Of a stretch of 64,000 nucleotides of DNA, positions 15,301 through 29,072 are shown piece by piece; the stretch's first letter is position 1, and each line of letters starts with the position of its first letter. A program made the position numbers and the translations under genes. The notes under the pieces were generated by a model. It saw only the letters and a list, made by a program, of their open reading frames with translations. It had not been told where the DNA came from and searched no databases. This DNA comes from the human T2T-CHM13v2.0 reference genome, Homo sapiens: assembly GCF_009914755.1 (NCBI RefSeq), contig NC_060936.1; one strand, written 5' to 3'.

Positions 15301-17201
15301 TCTGTGCTCAGGCTGTTCTCTCTCCTGAAAGCTACCTCATTAACTCCAAGTCTCTGCTTTTTCTACCAGCTTTATGGCTGCTATACTACTCTGTGAAACT
15401 TAACAAATCCCATGTAATAATAAAGATAAAAATAATAAACGCAACACTCTAATGAAAACAAGTACTGGGCTACTACTTAATATCAGTGTGCCATTAATTT
15501 TAGGTAAATGATTATAACCATAGGCTAATTTATTTGGCTATTAAGATACTTTAAATTTCATTTCAACATAACAAAGAAAAACTAGGTGCCATTTGAATTG
15601 CAGATACGATAGCCAATTTTAGATGCTAATGTCACTCAGAATGTCTTTAACTTATTCTCTTAACCTCTACTCATCTGGTTATGATTCTTGCTAATGGCAA
15701 GGAGGATTCTGTTTGAAACATGGATGATGCCCAATTTCATCCATTTGCATGGGTGAAGAAGACAGAGTGGTTTTAAAAGCCAGCAAGATGGGTGAAAACT
15801 TTTCCACTGGATCCAAGCAATGGCAATTTTCCAGCAGGTCTGAGAAAGTCACACCTAGGAGGGGATGGTGTCCCACACATGCAGATTAATTGGAAGCTGA
15901 CTATACTTCAAAGACTAGGGATAGGTTCACCTTTTTAATTCCTCTTGAAAAATTAGTATTTTAAAATCTCCAAATCCCTAAATTAATACTCAAGTCAATA
16001 ATTCTCACAGGAACACCCAACCCAAGCCAGTTCACCTGCTTTATAATTGATGAGTTTGAAACCTAGCTACAAACCTCAATTTCAAAACTATTACTTGAGG
16101 TTCTATATAGATGAAATATACATATCCTTCTGTAAAAGAGAAAGTTAGAAATATAACATTTACAACTTTGGATATTTTGAAATATCTTCTTTCTCAGTAT
16201 TTTTATGTAAAAAATAAGATCATTAAACACATGCATCTAGTCCCAACACTAAGAAATCATCAGTCTTAACGTTTGGATTAACTAATCTTAATCAAACTGA
16301 CTAACACTAAGAAATAACAAAGCCAAGTAGATTTTTAAAAATGTATTATTCTACAACTAGATGTATTTAAAACTGCTTCTTAAAGACAAACAATTACGGA
16401 CAAAAATTGAATTATTATTTCTCCATTAGCAAATGATTCTTTGAAGACAGAGAATATATCTTATTCATTCCTAAAGCAAAGTAATCCAGAAGTGTTTACT
16501 GACTTACCCCTATAAACTACACTAGGTAAAAAAAAGAGTATTTTAATGCAAGATATATGATAATTACAATAATATAACATCACTTTACTCTGTCACTGGA
16601 AACTCATTCTTGAACAAGCATTTAACCATGCTACATGTCTGTTTTCTAATCTATGAGGAGCCTGGCTTTACTAATTCCAAGTTTAAATTCTATTTTAATT
16701 AATCCTTCAAGAAAAACAAACCAAAGTTTCCCTATGCTGGCTTTTAAAAGGTTGAATAAACTACTTTTTTTTCCCCTGCCATGCACTATGCACCAGTACT
16801 TCTTATTGTTTGTTCCTTATTTCTTCATTATTCCTATCGTATAACAAATGATACTGTGGACATAGGGCAAGGGACTACTTCATTTATGAAAACATTATCA
16901 TGGGCTCATTGCTGTGGAAGGAACTAGTGAAGATTAGGGGAGATTCTGAGACTAAATTCAGGAAATGTCTTAAAAGTGGGCCCTGCCTTCTGTTCTTTGC
17001 CTTTGTAATAACCGAAACTGGTTTTAGTGATTGAATATATTTAAATGAGCCAAGAAGACATGTTTTGAGATGTCCTAAATAAAACAAAAGTTTTAAAATA
17101 AAGTATTTTGGGGGAAAGGCTTATACTTGCTACCTTTTCAACTAGAGTTTTAGTCATGAAACTTAGCAAAACTGAGTTTATACATTAGTTCTGTCACATA
17201 C

Positions 17202-17667
17202 TGCTATTAAGAGGCAATTCACCACAACCTTAAGAGTTCCTGCACATTCTTGCTGTGTATGCCAAGAATGCAAGACCCAGACTGCTCTTTTCATGGATCA
17301 TTTCTCAAGGTTATGTTGGGAACAAGCAAACTTTAAGGATAAGGTAATGTCTTCATGACAGACCTGGCTTGCTTCTGCTTAGTATAAAAGTGGTTAATCC
17401 ATAAGCTCAATGTTTCTCAATGCCCACCTGCTTGCACAGCAACCATATAATAGGGGTATCAGCACTGCCCCCGATGGATTGAAAGGGAACAGAGCACCAG
17501 GTCAAATCAACATGAAGCTCACATTACTTATTGTACCACAAGTAATAAAAGTCCTTAGTCTCCAATCGGGAGTTTTGTGTCTTCTGTCACTATTTATGAT
17601 ACAGTAATGGGTTAGCTTGTTAGCTTGTAAATAGAGTGAAAACTCAGTCCCTTCACAGGCCTTAATA
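17202..17667 (+). mobile_element. LTR47-family (ERVL) solo LTR inserted in a MIR
   Basis: LTR47-like motifs (TATGCCAAGAATGCAAG; GTAATAAAAGTCC; CCCTTCACAG) and a 5-bp TSD CATAC. MIR sequence continues on both sides (about 17160-17830). Confidence 0.8.
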
Positions 17668-18519
17668 CATACTAGCGACCTTTGGCAAGTCACTCTCTCA
17701 GCCTTGATTTCCTTATCTATAAAATGTCTATTAAATATTATAATATTATTGCCATAGCCACATGATAGCATCTTGCACAAATGAGATACTATGAGACAAT
17801 GAGAGCCTACATAGCTATAAAAGTGTTGTTACAACACCACCTGAAAATTCTCTAAGTCATTTCCCTCATGAGGCACCCTAACATCTCAGCTTGGGCCTTC
17901 CCATGTGTTAAAGAATGCATGATTTACTCTTTGGCTCCCCAGACTGTTGCTGTATTTTTTAAATTACCGTTTGGATACCTTGAGTCCCCAAGAAAATTAA
18001 ATATAGAACCCCTACGTCATCAATAGAAGTGTAATACAACAATTAACATTCCTGCATACATGTATGCATATACTTACAGATATACACACATACATTGTTA
18101 TGCAAAGATAATAAAGCTGGATATCTTTACACCTCCATTCATAAAAAGTCATAATCCCAAAATTAGCCTTTTCATAGTAATAAATAATCAAGTCCCAATC
18201 ATCCTTCTACTTTTATCAGTATAGGGTACAATAGGAGCCAAAATAAGAATTCTTATAATTTAATATTATTATCATTTTTTATAGACATGTAACCAGTAAG
18301 GAAATTTCATTCAGAAAGGAATAGAACTAAGGTCCTGAGTAAAAAGTCTGTTTAAAGCTGGGGATTAAATTGTTATGGTACAATTTGTCCTTATACTGAA
18401 CTAAACTGAATTAAATGCTAGTGACTACAATATTGACAAATGAGCTACTGAAGGAATGCTGACCCAAGAAAAATAAATAAGTCTATGCTATTATAGTTTA
18501 CAACTTCCTATAACTTACG

Positions 18520-19450
18520 TGTGCAAGAACCCATACATTTTTTCAAAATTATAAGACTAGCACCAACATCACTCAATCCAATGATGCAAACGATCAAACT
18601 TAAATTTTTAAATGCATGTGGTTTTTGTGGTACTTTTCAGACTCTCTCTTACACTCCTACCCCTTCTATTCCTCTGTTCCCCATTTTATTAAAAACATCA
18701 CAAGGGATAAGCCTTTCTTTTGCTCATTTATTGGTCAAGTTATTTCTCCCTACAGATAGAAGAGGAATAACATACAACATGTCTTCCTTTTTGCCACTAG
18801 CCATTGCTGATTTGTTGTCCTGTTAGAAAGTACTATTGTCCTTAATCAATGGTTTCATACATGTGACAAATTTTTCCATTACCTAAATGTCTTTGTAAAC
18901 TGTCTCTCCTCTTTTGCTTGAGTTATTCTGATCTCATCCCCACAAGATTGTGGTAGTTCTCCAATTTATTCAATAATCTGACCTGATTCCCGCTTTGTGT
19001 AGTTCTTTTACTTACACCTATCTGTAACTAGCCCACTTGGCACTTGGTAACACCTTTCTTCTTCCTAGAGAACACCAATAAATCTATCCTCTGTACAGGT
19101 CTTTTGCCTTTCTTTATCTCATTTGTTGGTGTTTTGGATGATCATTATGTTGGATGCTACTTACTGGTGTTCAATTTCATTTCTTGATGTTAATTATTTC
19201 TTACTAAATTCCTTCCTTCCATTTCCCCAAAATTAGGACAGCTATCATTTTGTCATCACAACTGAGCCACTGGGGTTTCTGGTCCCTTTTTAAATCCTCC
19301 TCTAGTTCATTCCAGTTAGTAGATACCACATTAAGGAAGCATCTGCCCTACTTTAACTCTCCACCTTCTGTTCTAGAAAAGAGTTTCTGACACACCATAA
19401 GAACTTGTTAGGCCATTTGTGGACTTGCTGAATTGTCTCCTAAGAGATCG
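18520..19450 (-). mobile_element. CR1/L3 LINE ORF2 relic (endonuclease C-terminus to RT N-terminus)
   Basis: Manual minus-strand translation NKFLWCVRNSFLEQKVES*SRADASL/VVSTNWNEL...DDKMIAVLILG...CGDEIRITQAKEE aligns by eye with CR1 ORF2. Confidence 0.75.
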
Positions 19451-20916
19451 GGCACTGCATAAATAATAAGTAACTCAAGCCCATAAAAAGAAATTCCTCT
19501 CCCTAAAATGGATCTTTAATTACAATGATGGGTGATGAGAAGAAAGGTATTTCTTCAAGACATTCAAGAAAGAAACACACCTCAGTAACTCCATTAAAGA
19601 GATTATTAATTGAGTGAAAAGCCTAAAGACAATAAAGCACAGTAATGTGTTCCAGGGACTAGGGAGTACATACTTTTATGAATGACAAAGATGAAGAAAA
19701 GAACCTGTTTTTAATCCATTAATGATGAACAGCTGTTAAAAGCAATCCAGAAATCTTATCCTAATCTATATAATTAGCTCTGTATTCTACTCTCTCATCT
19801 CTATGTGGTCCACTGGACTCATAAACTTTATGAAGTTTATTCTTAATAAACAGATATTCATAAACATATATATTTTCAATTAAAATCCCTAATATACAGC
19901 ATACATAGCTAATGCTTCTGGCTGCAATTCTAGACTACACTACTCAGTCTCTGGTTTACAACACCCCTTGGAAAAATAAAAATTTATTTCCCTCAAGTAC
20001 AGTTCTGTAGTGGCTAACCAGAAAAAGAAAGCAGGAAAAATAGCTATTGGGCCATCTTCCTCTGACTTCCACTCTAGCGTCTCCTACTTTTTATCCCACG
20101 GTTCATCTAAGGACACAGAACACTGATAAAAGTTCTCTCAATTGAGGAAACCAGTATCATTCACAAGGGGGTAACATTGTGCCACTCTGTTGAATAGCAG
20201 ATGTCCAAAGAACTACATTGAAATAATGCACATGGGCTGACAAAATAAAGAAAAAAAATAGTCAAATTCTGGATTTTTATAAAAGTCCAATCCTATGCAT
20301 CACTGTAATTAATTCTTCTGGAAACTCCAGAGCTTTATTTAGCCTTTCTCCCGGAAATAGAAAGCCTCTACTCCCACAAAACTGAGGGAGTGAGGGGAGG
20401 GAGTACTTCAAATGACAACAGGAACCATCTGCCTATTTTCCAAAGTGCTCATAAAATTTCTGTTGATGCTGGTGGCTGTATGTGGTGGCCTATTGATAAT
20501 CCAAGGCCCACAGAAAATTTCATTTGGTCAACAGTGCCCTCTGGAGCACCTACTAAATGTCAGACAGTGTGTAAGGCAAAAAATGTTTTAAATAAAAACA
20601 AAAACTTGAGGAGTGTAACCATGGTCAGAGGTAGGGGAACGATAAGTAAATTAAACATATGGTCAATGAAATATTGTATACAAAGGATAAACGGAATAAA
20701 GATTAGCCAGAGGGTAATGGGGGAGGAACAGGAAAAACTGCATACAGGAAACTATATTTGACCTGGGTTTTGGAGGGTGATTAAAATTTTCGAGACTGAG
20801 AAGGGAGAAAAAGTCAGTTCGGGGAAAATAAGTCAAAACTTCTTGAGGTGCATTTGTTCCCTGGTTATGACACAGTCCTTAGGGGCAGAAGCACTAGCAT
20901 AAAAGTTGTTAGAATT

Positions 20917-21210
20917 GGCCGGGTGTGGTGATTCATGCCTGTAATCCCAGCACTTTGGGAGGCTGAGGCAGGCGGATCACAAGGCCATGAGTTCGAGACC
21001 ACCCTGGCCAATATGGTGAAACCCCATCTCTACTAAAAATACAAAAATTAGCCGGGCATAGTGGTGGGCGCCTGTAGTCCCAGCTACTCAGGACAATCGC
21101 TTGAGAATTGCTTGAACATAGGAGGCAGAGGTTGCAGTGAGCCGAGATCGTGCCACTGCACTCCAGCCTGAGAAACAAAGCAAGACTCTGTCTAAAAAAA
21201 AAAAAAAAAA
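20917..21210 (+). mobile_element. AluS
   Basis: Dimer with poly-A; TSD TGTTAGAATT. Confidence 0.95.
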
Positions 21211-21379
21211 CCTGTTAGAATTTAGGGAAGTTTTGTGAATGTTATGACACCACCTAATTAGGCATACCAGCTAACACATTATCCTCTAAAATGAACACTC
21301 ACTCTGGTCTCTGCATGATGAAAGATGCTACCAAAAGGCTCACAAAAGGCATACTAGAGATCTCTGCCAAATATTTCTT

Positions 21380-21801
21380 AGTTTCTTCCTTCTGATTAAC
21401 TTCCATCTTCAACTTACCCTGTACCCTGGGAGACTGATGTCCATGGGCGTCAAAAATGGGCTCCCTTGCCCTCAGGCTTCCAATGAAGCTCAGCAATGGG
21501 AGGTATCAGTAGGACATTAAGGGGAGGAGAGGAATGAGGTCAGAATGTTTACTGTCCTGATTCCTTCCCTGCCAGGTCCCATTGGTGGGCTCTGTCCCTC
21601 TCCCAAAGGCCACAGCTCCTATTAAGCAGCCACTTCTTATACCATAGCCAGTGGTACAGTAGTCTACCTTCTGTTACTAACACCAGAACACTGCCTCATC
21701 TCTTGTCGCCTCCCTTGAGGCTGCCTGTTCTCCCCCAAACATTCCTAAATTATATTGTTTTGATATATCATCTGTTTCCTATTGAGATCCTGATCAAATC
21801 A
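21380..21801 (+). mobile_element. LTR33-family (ERVL) LTR
   Basis: GGGCTCCCTTGCCCTC..GGCTTCC, AAGGCCACAGCTCCT and CATCTGTTTCCT motifs. Confidence 0.8.
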
Positions 21802-21808
21802 GGGTTAA

Positions 21809-22134
<326 letters not shown>

Positions 22135-22442
22135 TAACAACGCTTTTTTAAAGCACTACCACTGTGTGATCATTCCTTTCACTCCCATTCCTGAAGTCAA
22201 TATTGACCTAGAATATAGGTCCCTACAATTCTCCAGCCTTTCACAAACAAGTCATTGACCCAGTCTCTTTCCTGGATACAGCGGGAGTTTTCAATAGATT
22301 TTGGTTGTTAAATATGTAACAAATGATAATACAAAGTTTATAAAGTATCATCTTTGTTGGTCAATCGAATGACTTTTATAAATTCTTATAATAAAAAAGG
22401 TTTAATTAACACTTCAGTTTCATTTTTAAAACTGAAAGGAAA

Positions 22443-22660
22443 CTGAGTGTGGTGGCTCGAGCCTGTAGTCCCAGCTACTCAGGAGGCTGAAGAGGAGAGG
22501 ACCGCTTGATCCCAGAAGTCTGAAGCTAGCTTGGGCAACATACTGAGATTCCATCTTTTATAAAAAAGAAAAGAAAGAAGAAGGAAAGAAGGAAGGAAGG
22601 AAGGTAGGTAGATTGAAGGAAGGGCAGGAGAAAATTCAAGAAAGGAGGAGTAAAAGGGAA
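22443..22660 (+). mobile_element. FLAM-type Alu monomer with a purine-rich (GAAA/GGAA) tail
   Basis: Single monomer followed by an A/G-rich low-complexity tract at 22562-22660. Confidence 0.8.
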
Positions 22661-22890
22661 AATGTAATCTCAGAATAAAAGTAATAACTGGATGATATTT
22701 CAACTCTCATTCTCAGATTAGTTTCTAGCATCTTCTATTTTTTTCTTATTACATTCCTATACCAATTATATACAGAATTTTCAAAACTCTCCTTCAAAGT
22801 TCTTTCTAAATGTACATATGTTCTTTGGGGAAAGGGAAGGGTCTCATTATACTCTTCATAATAGTATATGTTTTATTAAAACTATTTCAT

Positions 22891-23188
22891 GGCCGGGCAT
22901 GGTGGCTCATGCCTGTAATCCCAGCACTTTGGGAGGCTGAGGAGGGTGGATCACGAGGTCAGGAGATCGCAACCATCCTGGCTAACACAGTGAAACCCCG
23001 TCTCTACTAAAAAAATACAAAAAAATTAGCTGGGCGTGGTGGCGGGCGCCTGTAGTCTCAGCTACTCAGGAGGCTGAGGCAGGAGAATGGTGTGAACCCA
23101 GGAGGCAGAGCTTACAGTGAGCAAGATCGAGCCACTGCACTCCAGCCTGGGCAACTGAGCGAGACTCTGTCTCAAAAAAAAAAAAAAA
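22891..23188 (+). mobile_element. AluY with 13-bp TSD
   Basis: CCATCCTGGCTAACA and GAATGGTGTGAACCC diagnostics; TSD AAAACTATTTCAT. Confidence 0.95.
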
Positions 23189-23553
23189 AAAACTATTTCA
23201 TTATGGGGAAAGCTAGCATTCTGACTCTATAATGATAGTAATACATCCTTGATCCCAGAGGTATATTATTTTTGTTTACAATCACTCTGGGAAGGAAAAA
23301 AGACTTGTCATTTCATCTTGCTTCCTAGAAATCAAAATAACATTTTAAAAATATGGATGATACTGTGCAGATTAAGAATCTGGTCCTAAAGTAACAAACA
23401 TGTTATTGATACCAATTTTTACCATCAAGGAAAAAAAACTCCTACCACAAACATTAAAATAAGCCATAATTCTGTCATCTCCCAATAACCACAAGTGACA
23501 GCTCAAAGCCAAGACATTAGACTATAAGGAACACTTTATTTTTGTAAGGAAAA

Positions 23554-23920
23554 TGTGGTAGGCAGAATTTGAAGATGATCCCCAATGATCCACACTCACA
23601 ATTCCTGCCCCATAAGTGTGGTGGAACCTGTAATTATGAGGAGATACCACTTCCAATTTAGTTACTAACCGGTTAGAGTTAATCAAAGGGAAATCATCCT
23701 GGGTGGGCCTGATCTAATTAGGCAAGTGAGTCTTTTAAAGAAGGTGAAGCATGAGACATATTTCTGCTGGACTGCAAGAAGAAAGCAAACAGTTATGTTG
23801 TGAACTACTTACAGAGAAGACTATGTTTAAGAGCTGAGTAAAATCCCCAGACAATAGCAAGCAAGAAAATGGGGACCTCAGTCATATAAGCACAAGAAAC
23901 TGAATTCCACCCCGCACAGC
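23554..23920 (+). mobile_element. MLT1 (E/F-like) LTR, partial
   Basis: Starts TGTGGTAGGCAGAAT; contains GGGTGGGCCTGATCTAAT and CAAGAAAATGGGGACCTCAGTC. Confidence 0.8.
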
Positions 23921-25518
23921 AACCATCTTTTAAAATTATGTATTTGGAGATTGTTTCAATTAATAGATGTCTGGCCTTGTCAACCAACTTTGTAAAAAAT
24001 TACCTTTCTTTGATTTTCAGTTTCTCTGCCAAAAGTTACCTCAAGTTGTGGGGTCAGGAGGTGGGAGACAGAATGAATCTGTCTTTCATCATTCACTTAA
24101 AACACAGAAGATTCAGCTCTTATATATTTGTAAGATTTTATATTAAGAAAAGATAATTTGGTGTTCAAAAAAGATGACTGAAAACCATTGCCATAGAAAA
24201 AATTCCTGCACATGATAAGATGAAATAAGATGATCCTAAGGTTCTCTTAAGCATCAGCTCTAAAATTATGAAAATTTTATATTGTGATGATTCTAAGAAC
24301 AATTACAGGTAATCTGGTTGCCAATAAAATAAAAACATGAGTCATGTTTGAAAGGGCAATGTTGCATATGTGTCTTAATTTCTCCGGTCAACATGAATTT
24401 AATTTAGAAAAAAATAATCTACTCCAATGGGGCATTTTCAATAGTTTCAGCAGACTTAGATTTTTAAAATTATTTTTATAGTGTATTTGAATTTGCTATA
24501 CGAAACAACTCTGATATCTTACTGTCATGCTTACTAAGGCAAACTGAAGAGTCTCCATAAGACTCAGGATACAAATAGATTTTTTGTATTTAAAATCCAA
24601 ATGAACAATTAACAAACCCCCCTCCCAAAAAAACAATTAACAAGCCATATTTTCCTAAATGCACACAAAACAGCATGTGGAGTGAACTTACCTGTCAATG
24701 AAATTACCTTTCTAATAAACTTGCATACATTTGCTTCAACCTTTTTTTTACAGATTGTTTGCCTTTTAGAAAGCTAGCCGAATGTCATCCATGGAGCGTT
24801 ACATTACTGCATGAAGTATCAGAAATGGAGAATACAAACAGCATTTCTCATACAATTCTGACCAGTTTAATTTGGTCTATTACTTTTAGGACAAAATCAG
24901 AGGGAAGTGAAAAGATCCTTAGCAAGTGGGCAAGAGCAGGCATCTAGGAAAGCTGGCTTGCTCTTCTAGACATTTTAATGCATGAATGTACTAGAGAAAC
25001 ATTAGAGGACAAAGTATCTTTGACAAATGTGCAAAATGCACTTAATCCTCTTCTTGAATTGAAGGTCAAAGGAAATAGATAAATGTGATCCATTAGCGTG
25101 AATACTAATAGAGTTAGGAACTACATTTGTACATTCTGAAAGAACAATTTGAGTATTAGGAATTGAATAAAAATGTCATTAGAGATTTTTGAACCATAAT
25201 GAGTTGTCTAAGCCACTAGCTTTCCCCTTCCGGCAAAGGCCTAATGTCTGTAAGTAGATTATAAAGGTTCCTGCTATATCAACAAATGATATCCTAAATG
25301 ACAGATATTTGAGACTAACTATAAAAATTGTTTCCAGAAAATAGGAAGAAATCCTCCTAGAGTCAATTCAATTTAACAAATAATTTATCGTACCCCTATA
25401 GGTAAGTTAACCAGGCTAGCCACTGCAGGAGAAATAAAGAATAAACCTTAAGCTCCTGACAACTGGGAATTTATAATCTAATAATAAAAAATGAGGCAAA
25501 TACAAAAATAGCTGTATG

Positions 25519-25682
25519 AGCCTGCCTTGGTGGGTCACACCTATAGTCCCAGCTACTGCGGAGGCTGAAGTGAGAGGATCGCTTGAGCTCAGGAGTTCAA
25601 GGCTGCAGTGAGCTAGAATGGTGCCACTGCACTCCAGCCTGGGTGACAGAATGAGACATCTCAAAAAAATAAAAAATAAATA
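25519..25682 (+). mobile_element. Alu right monomer (FRAM-like)
   Basis: Single monomer with an A-rich tail. Confidence 0.85.
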
Positions 25683-25729
25683 ACTGTAATTAAAAATATA
25701 TATTATTAAAACACCATGAAGAGGCTTAG

Positions 25730-25895
25730 AGCAGTACTTTTTAAACTTTAATGTGTACATGAATTACTGTAAATAGACAGTTTTAAAAACATAGATTTTG
25801 ATATTAAGGGTCTGAGTGGTCTAGGAGCTGAGATTCTGCATTTCTAATACATTTCAGGTGATGATGCTGATGCTGAATTCTGAGTTTCAAAGCCT
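25730..25895. mobile_element. MER5-type hAT MITE
   Basis: CTGAGATTCTGCATTTCTAA...GGTGATG motif. Confidence 0.65.
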
Positions 25896-26487
25896 TAAGG
25901 TAAAATAGATGGAAGACATCAGCCCAAGTAAGAACAGGGAAGAAAAGTATGGTCATGACAAGAAGAGATAACATGGTATTTCAGAGGACTCTTGAATAGG
26001 TGGGATTTTTGAGGAAAAGGAAATCAAATGTAAAATAAATCAACCAAAGAAATGTGCTTTGCTTTTTTTTAAACTCATGGAGTTTTTTTACTTAAGGTAA
26101 ATCTTAATAATGATTATTAAGTCTATTGTTTTAAAAGAGCTGTCTTAACATTATCTGTAAAGACAGAATAGAATTTTATTAATATGCCATTCCTAATAAC
26201 TTAGGTGGTTTCTAGACTTTGCAAAGTCAAATATCTTCACACAACTACAATTTTTAAATCAGTGGTTCACAGCATGGGCTCAGACAAGAAAGCTCGACAG
26301 AAGCTGAAACTTGTAGACCCGATTCTGGATTATATCCCTGATTCTGGATCATGTCTCCCACTCCCCCATTCTTGGACAAGGCTGCTCCAAATGTTGGCAG
26401 CCACATCCATGAAGAATGGAGGCAGGATATAGAATATAGGTATATAGGGCTTTTTTTCCCCCTTAAGCAGCAAAGAACTCTTAATCT

Positions 26488-27032
26488 CTACATTTTTTCT
26501 ATTGCTGTGAAACAACTTACTATAAACTTGGAACCTTAGATAACACACATTTTACTATCTCACAGTGTCTGTAAGTCAGAAATCCAGGCATGGCACAGCT
26601 AGGGCTTTCACTCAAAGTCTTACCAGGCTAAAATCAATGCAAGAGCTGGGTGGCATTCTCAGTTGGAATTCAGGGTCCTCACCCAAGCTCATTCAAGTTG
26701 TTGGAAGAATTCAGTTCCTTGCAGTTCTGGACTGAGGACCTTTTTTCTTGCTGGCAAAAGGCTAGCTCTCAGCTCCTAAATGCCACTCTCATGGCCTAGC
26801 CATGTGACCTTCTCATAGTGTGTCAGCTTACTACTTGAAAACTACCAGGAGAATCTCTTTCTCCAGTCTGCTAAAATCTGGTCTCATATAATGTAATCAT
26901 AGGAGTGATATCCCATCACCTTTGCTGTTTTCTATGAATTAGAAGCAATTCACAGGTACTATTTAACTCGAGCAAAGTAAGTAACCAGGAGGCAAGGATC
27001 ATTGGGTGTCACCTTGGGGTCTGTCTGCCATA
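26488..27032 (-). mobile_element. MLT1 LTR (sense to KIF21A)
   Basis: Antisense MLT1 motifs (CTATTGCTG..ACAA; ATCTCACAG; AGAATTCAGTTCCTTGCAG). Confidence 0.8.
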
Positions 27033-29026
27033 GTCAAGACAGTTCTTTCTCAGGAACTATGACATTTGATTGGAGACTGGTAGAATGAAGAATCAGTTAT
27101 GTGAAGGCAGTGGGCTGAGGAAGCAACCACTGAGAAAGAAGGAAGGGCAGAGAAAATAGGGAAGGAGGTAGCCCTTAAAATGCCTGCCACCAGTACCAAT
27201 ATCAGATATCTTTTAATTCATCACTGGATGCTAATGGATATGAACAAAATACATCACATAAGTTTTATAAGCCCAACTACCCAAATTTCTCGACCATTTC
27301 ATCCATACCCAAAGAGGTATGCATCAGTGTGAAAGAAAGACATAGAAAAAATACTGTATATCTTCCTGGAGTGTCAAGTTTATATGTGGTAAAATTACTA
27401 AGTAATTTAAATATCCTTAGTTTAAAAACAAATATATTTATAGAATGTGTATACAAATGAAGAATACAAAATTTATACTAATTTTTTAGATAAGACTTGA
27501 AGACTCAAAGAAATTTCCAGTTTGAGAGTACATTACACATTTCTCTCACTGTAGTTAGGGAAGCTGTGCTAGAAAGGCTTGAGACTATGCTATTTTGAGT
27601 CTACTCTGTACTTTATACCTCATTAAGTATTAATGAGGGAAAAACTCACAGGTGAAGACATAAATTTTTAAACACATTGTATCAAATGTAATGCACATAA
27701 GCATTTCACTGTAGTCTCTGAAAGGCAAATTGCAGACCAAATTATTACAAAGGCAGTTTAAATACATATATACATATATGTGCAGTCAGATATTGATGCC
27801 TAGGTTACTGTACTTTACAATTATCCCACCCAATAATTAATTTTCAGTGTGGTGATAAAGGCTTTCTGTTTATTTGTTCTGGGTTTTGTTTTTGTTCTTG
27901 TCCTTTAAGCTCCAATATGTATCCTATGTTTTGTGGCATAAATTGCTAATGGTACTCCAAAATCCATTCTCTCTTTTTTCCTTATTAACAAAATCTTTGC
28001 CTGGACACCCTGCACATTCTAAGCTTCCTTGCAGCTAGATGTGGTCATGTGTCCAACTTCCGGTCAATGTCAACAGTAGAGTCCTTAAATGGAAAGGATG
28101 GGCCTCCTCTTTTTTTCTTCTTTTTCACTGGCTGGAATGCAGAGCGGTCAGGGTGCACTATTCCAGATCATGTGAATGGGGGTAATACCTGAGGGATGGT
28201 GAATCAATAAGATAGAAAGATCCCGGGACACCAACACAATGGTACTTATCAGTTCTGGACTGCTTATAGTCTGGTTGTAATGTGGAAGAAATGTAAACTT
28301 CTTTTCTATTAAGCCCTTGTAAAGCTGGGTCTTTGTTAGAATAGCTCAACTCATGTCCTAACAAAATTTGACAGCCAGAAGTAGTTGCCACCTAATAGAA
28401 CCTGTAATATGTGACACTGACTTGGAAGTTGAACGGCAGGTGCTGACAAAACAAACAGTAAGATGAAAAGCTACTGACTCTTTCTAAGCCACACCAAAAC
28501 ACTTAGTATGGATTGGCTACTTCTTGCTGTTCTCAACAAAGTCCTTCAAGAGAAATAACCTCAGCCTAAATAAAGCAGTCTCAGGCAGACGTCTAAGTGA
28601 ATTCAGCTCTACTGAGGAAAGTCCACACCACATACAGCTTGAAATCTAAGTTGACTTTACCATGGGGCTTTATAGGGTTTAAAAGCCAGGTTCTTCTATA
28701 TTCCTTACTAACCCAGTTAAAGCAAGAGGTTCAGAAGACACAACCTAAACTGACATAATCCTGGGACCCTAACAGTTTCTAGCCAGACAATGGGAGCCTG
28801 TCCAGAAATCAAAATGGTAAAGGTATTACCTTCTCACCTAAGCATGGAGGTAACTGTCATTGATTAAGACACTGGAGAATTGCAGAACACAAAGTCCAAC
28901 AATTTAAATCCAGAATTTTTAGCTGGGGAAAAAAAAAAAACTATCTTCAGCCATGGTTACTTGCATTTGGAGTTAATCTGCACAAATAGGCAGAAAACTC
29001 AATGAGTTTTTGAAAGCATGCAGTAG

Positions 29027-29028
<2 letters not shown>

Positions 29029-29071
<43 letters not shown>
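29029..29071. repeat. (AC)21 microsatellite
   Basis: Read directly. Confidence 0.98.
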
Positions 29072-29072
<1 letters not shown>

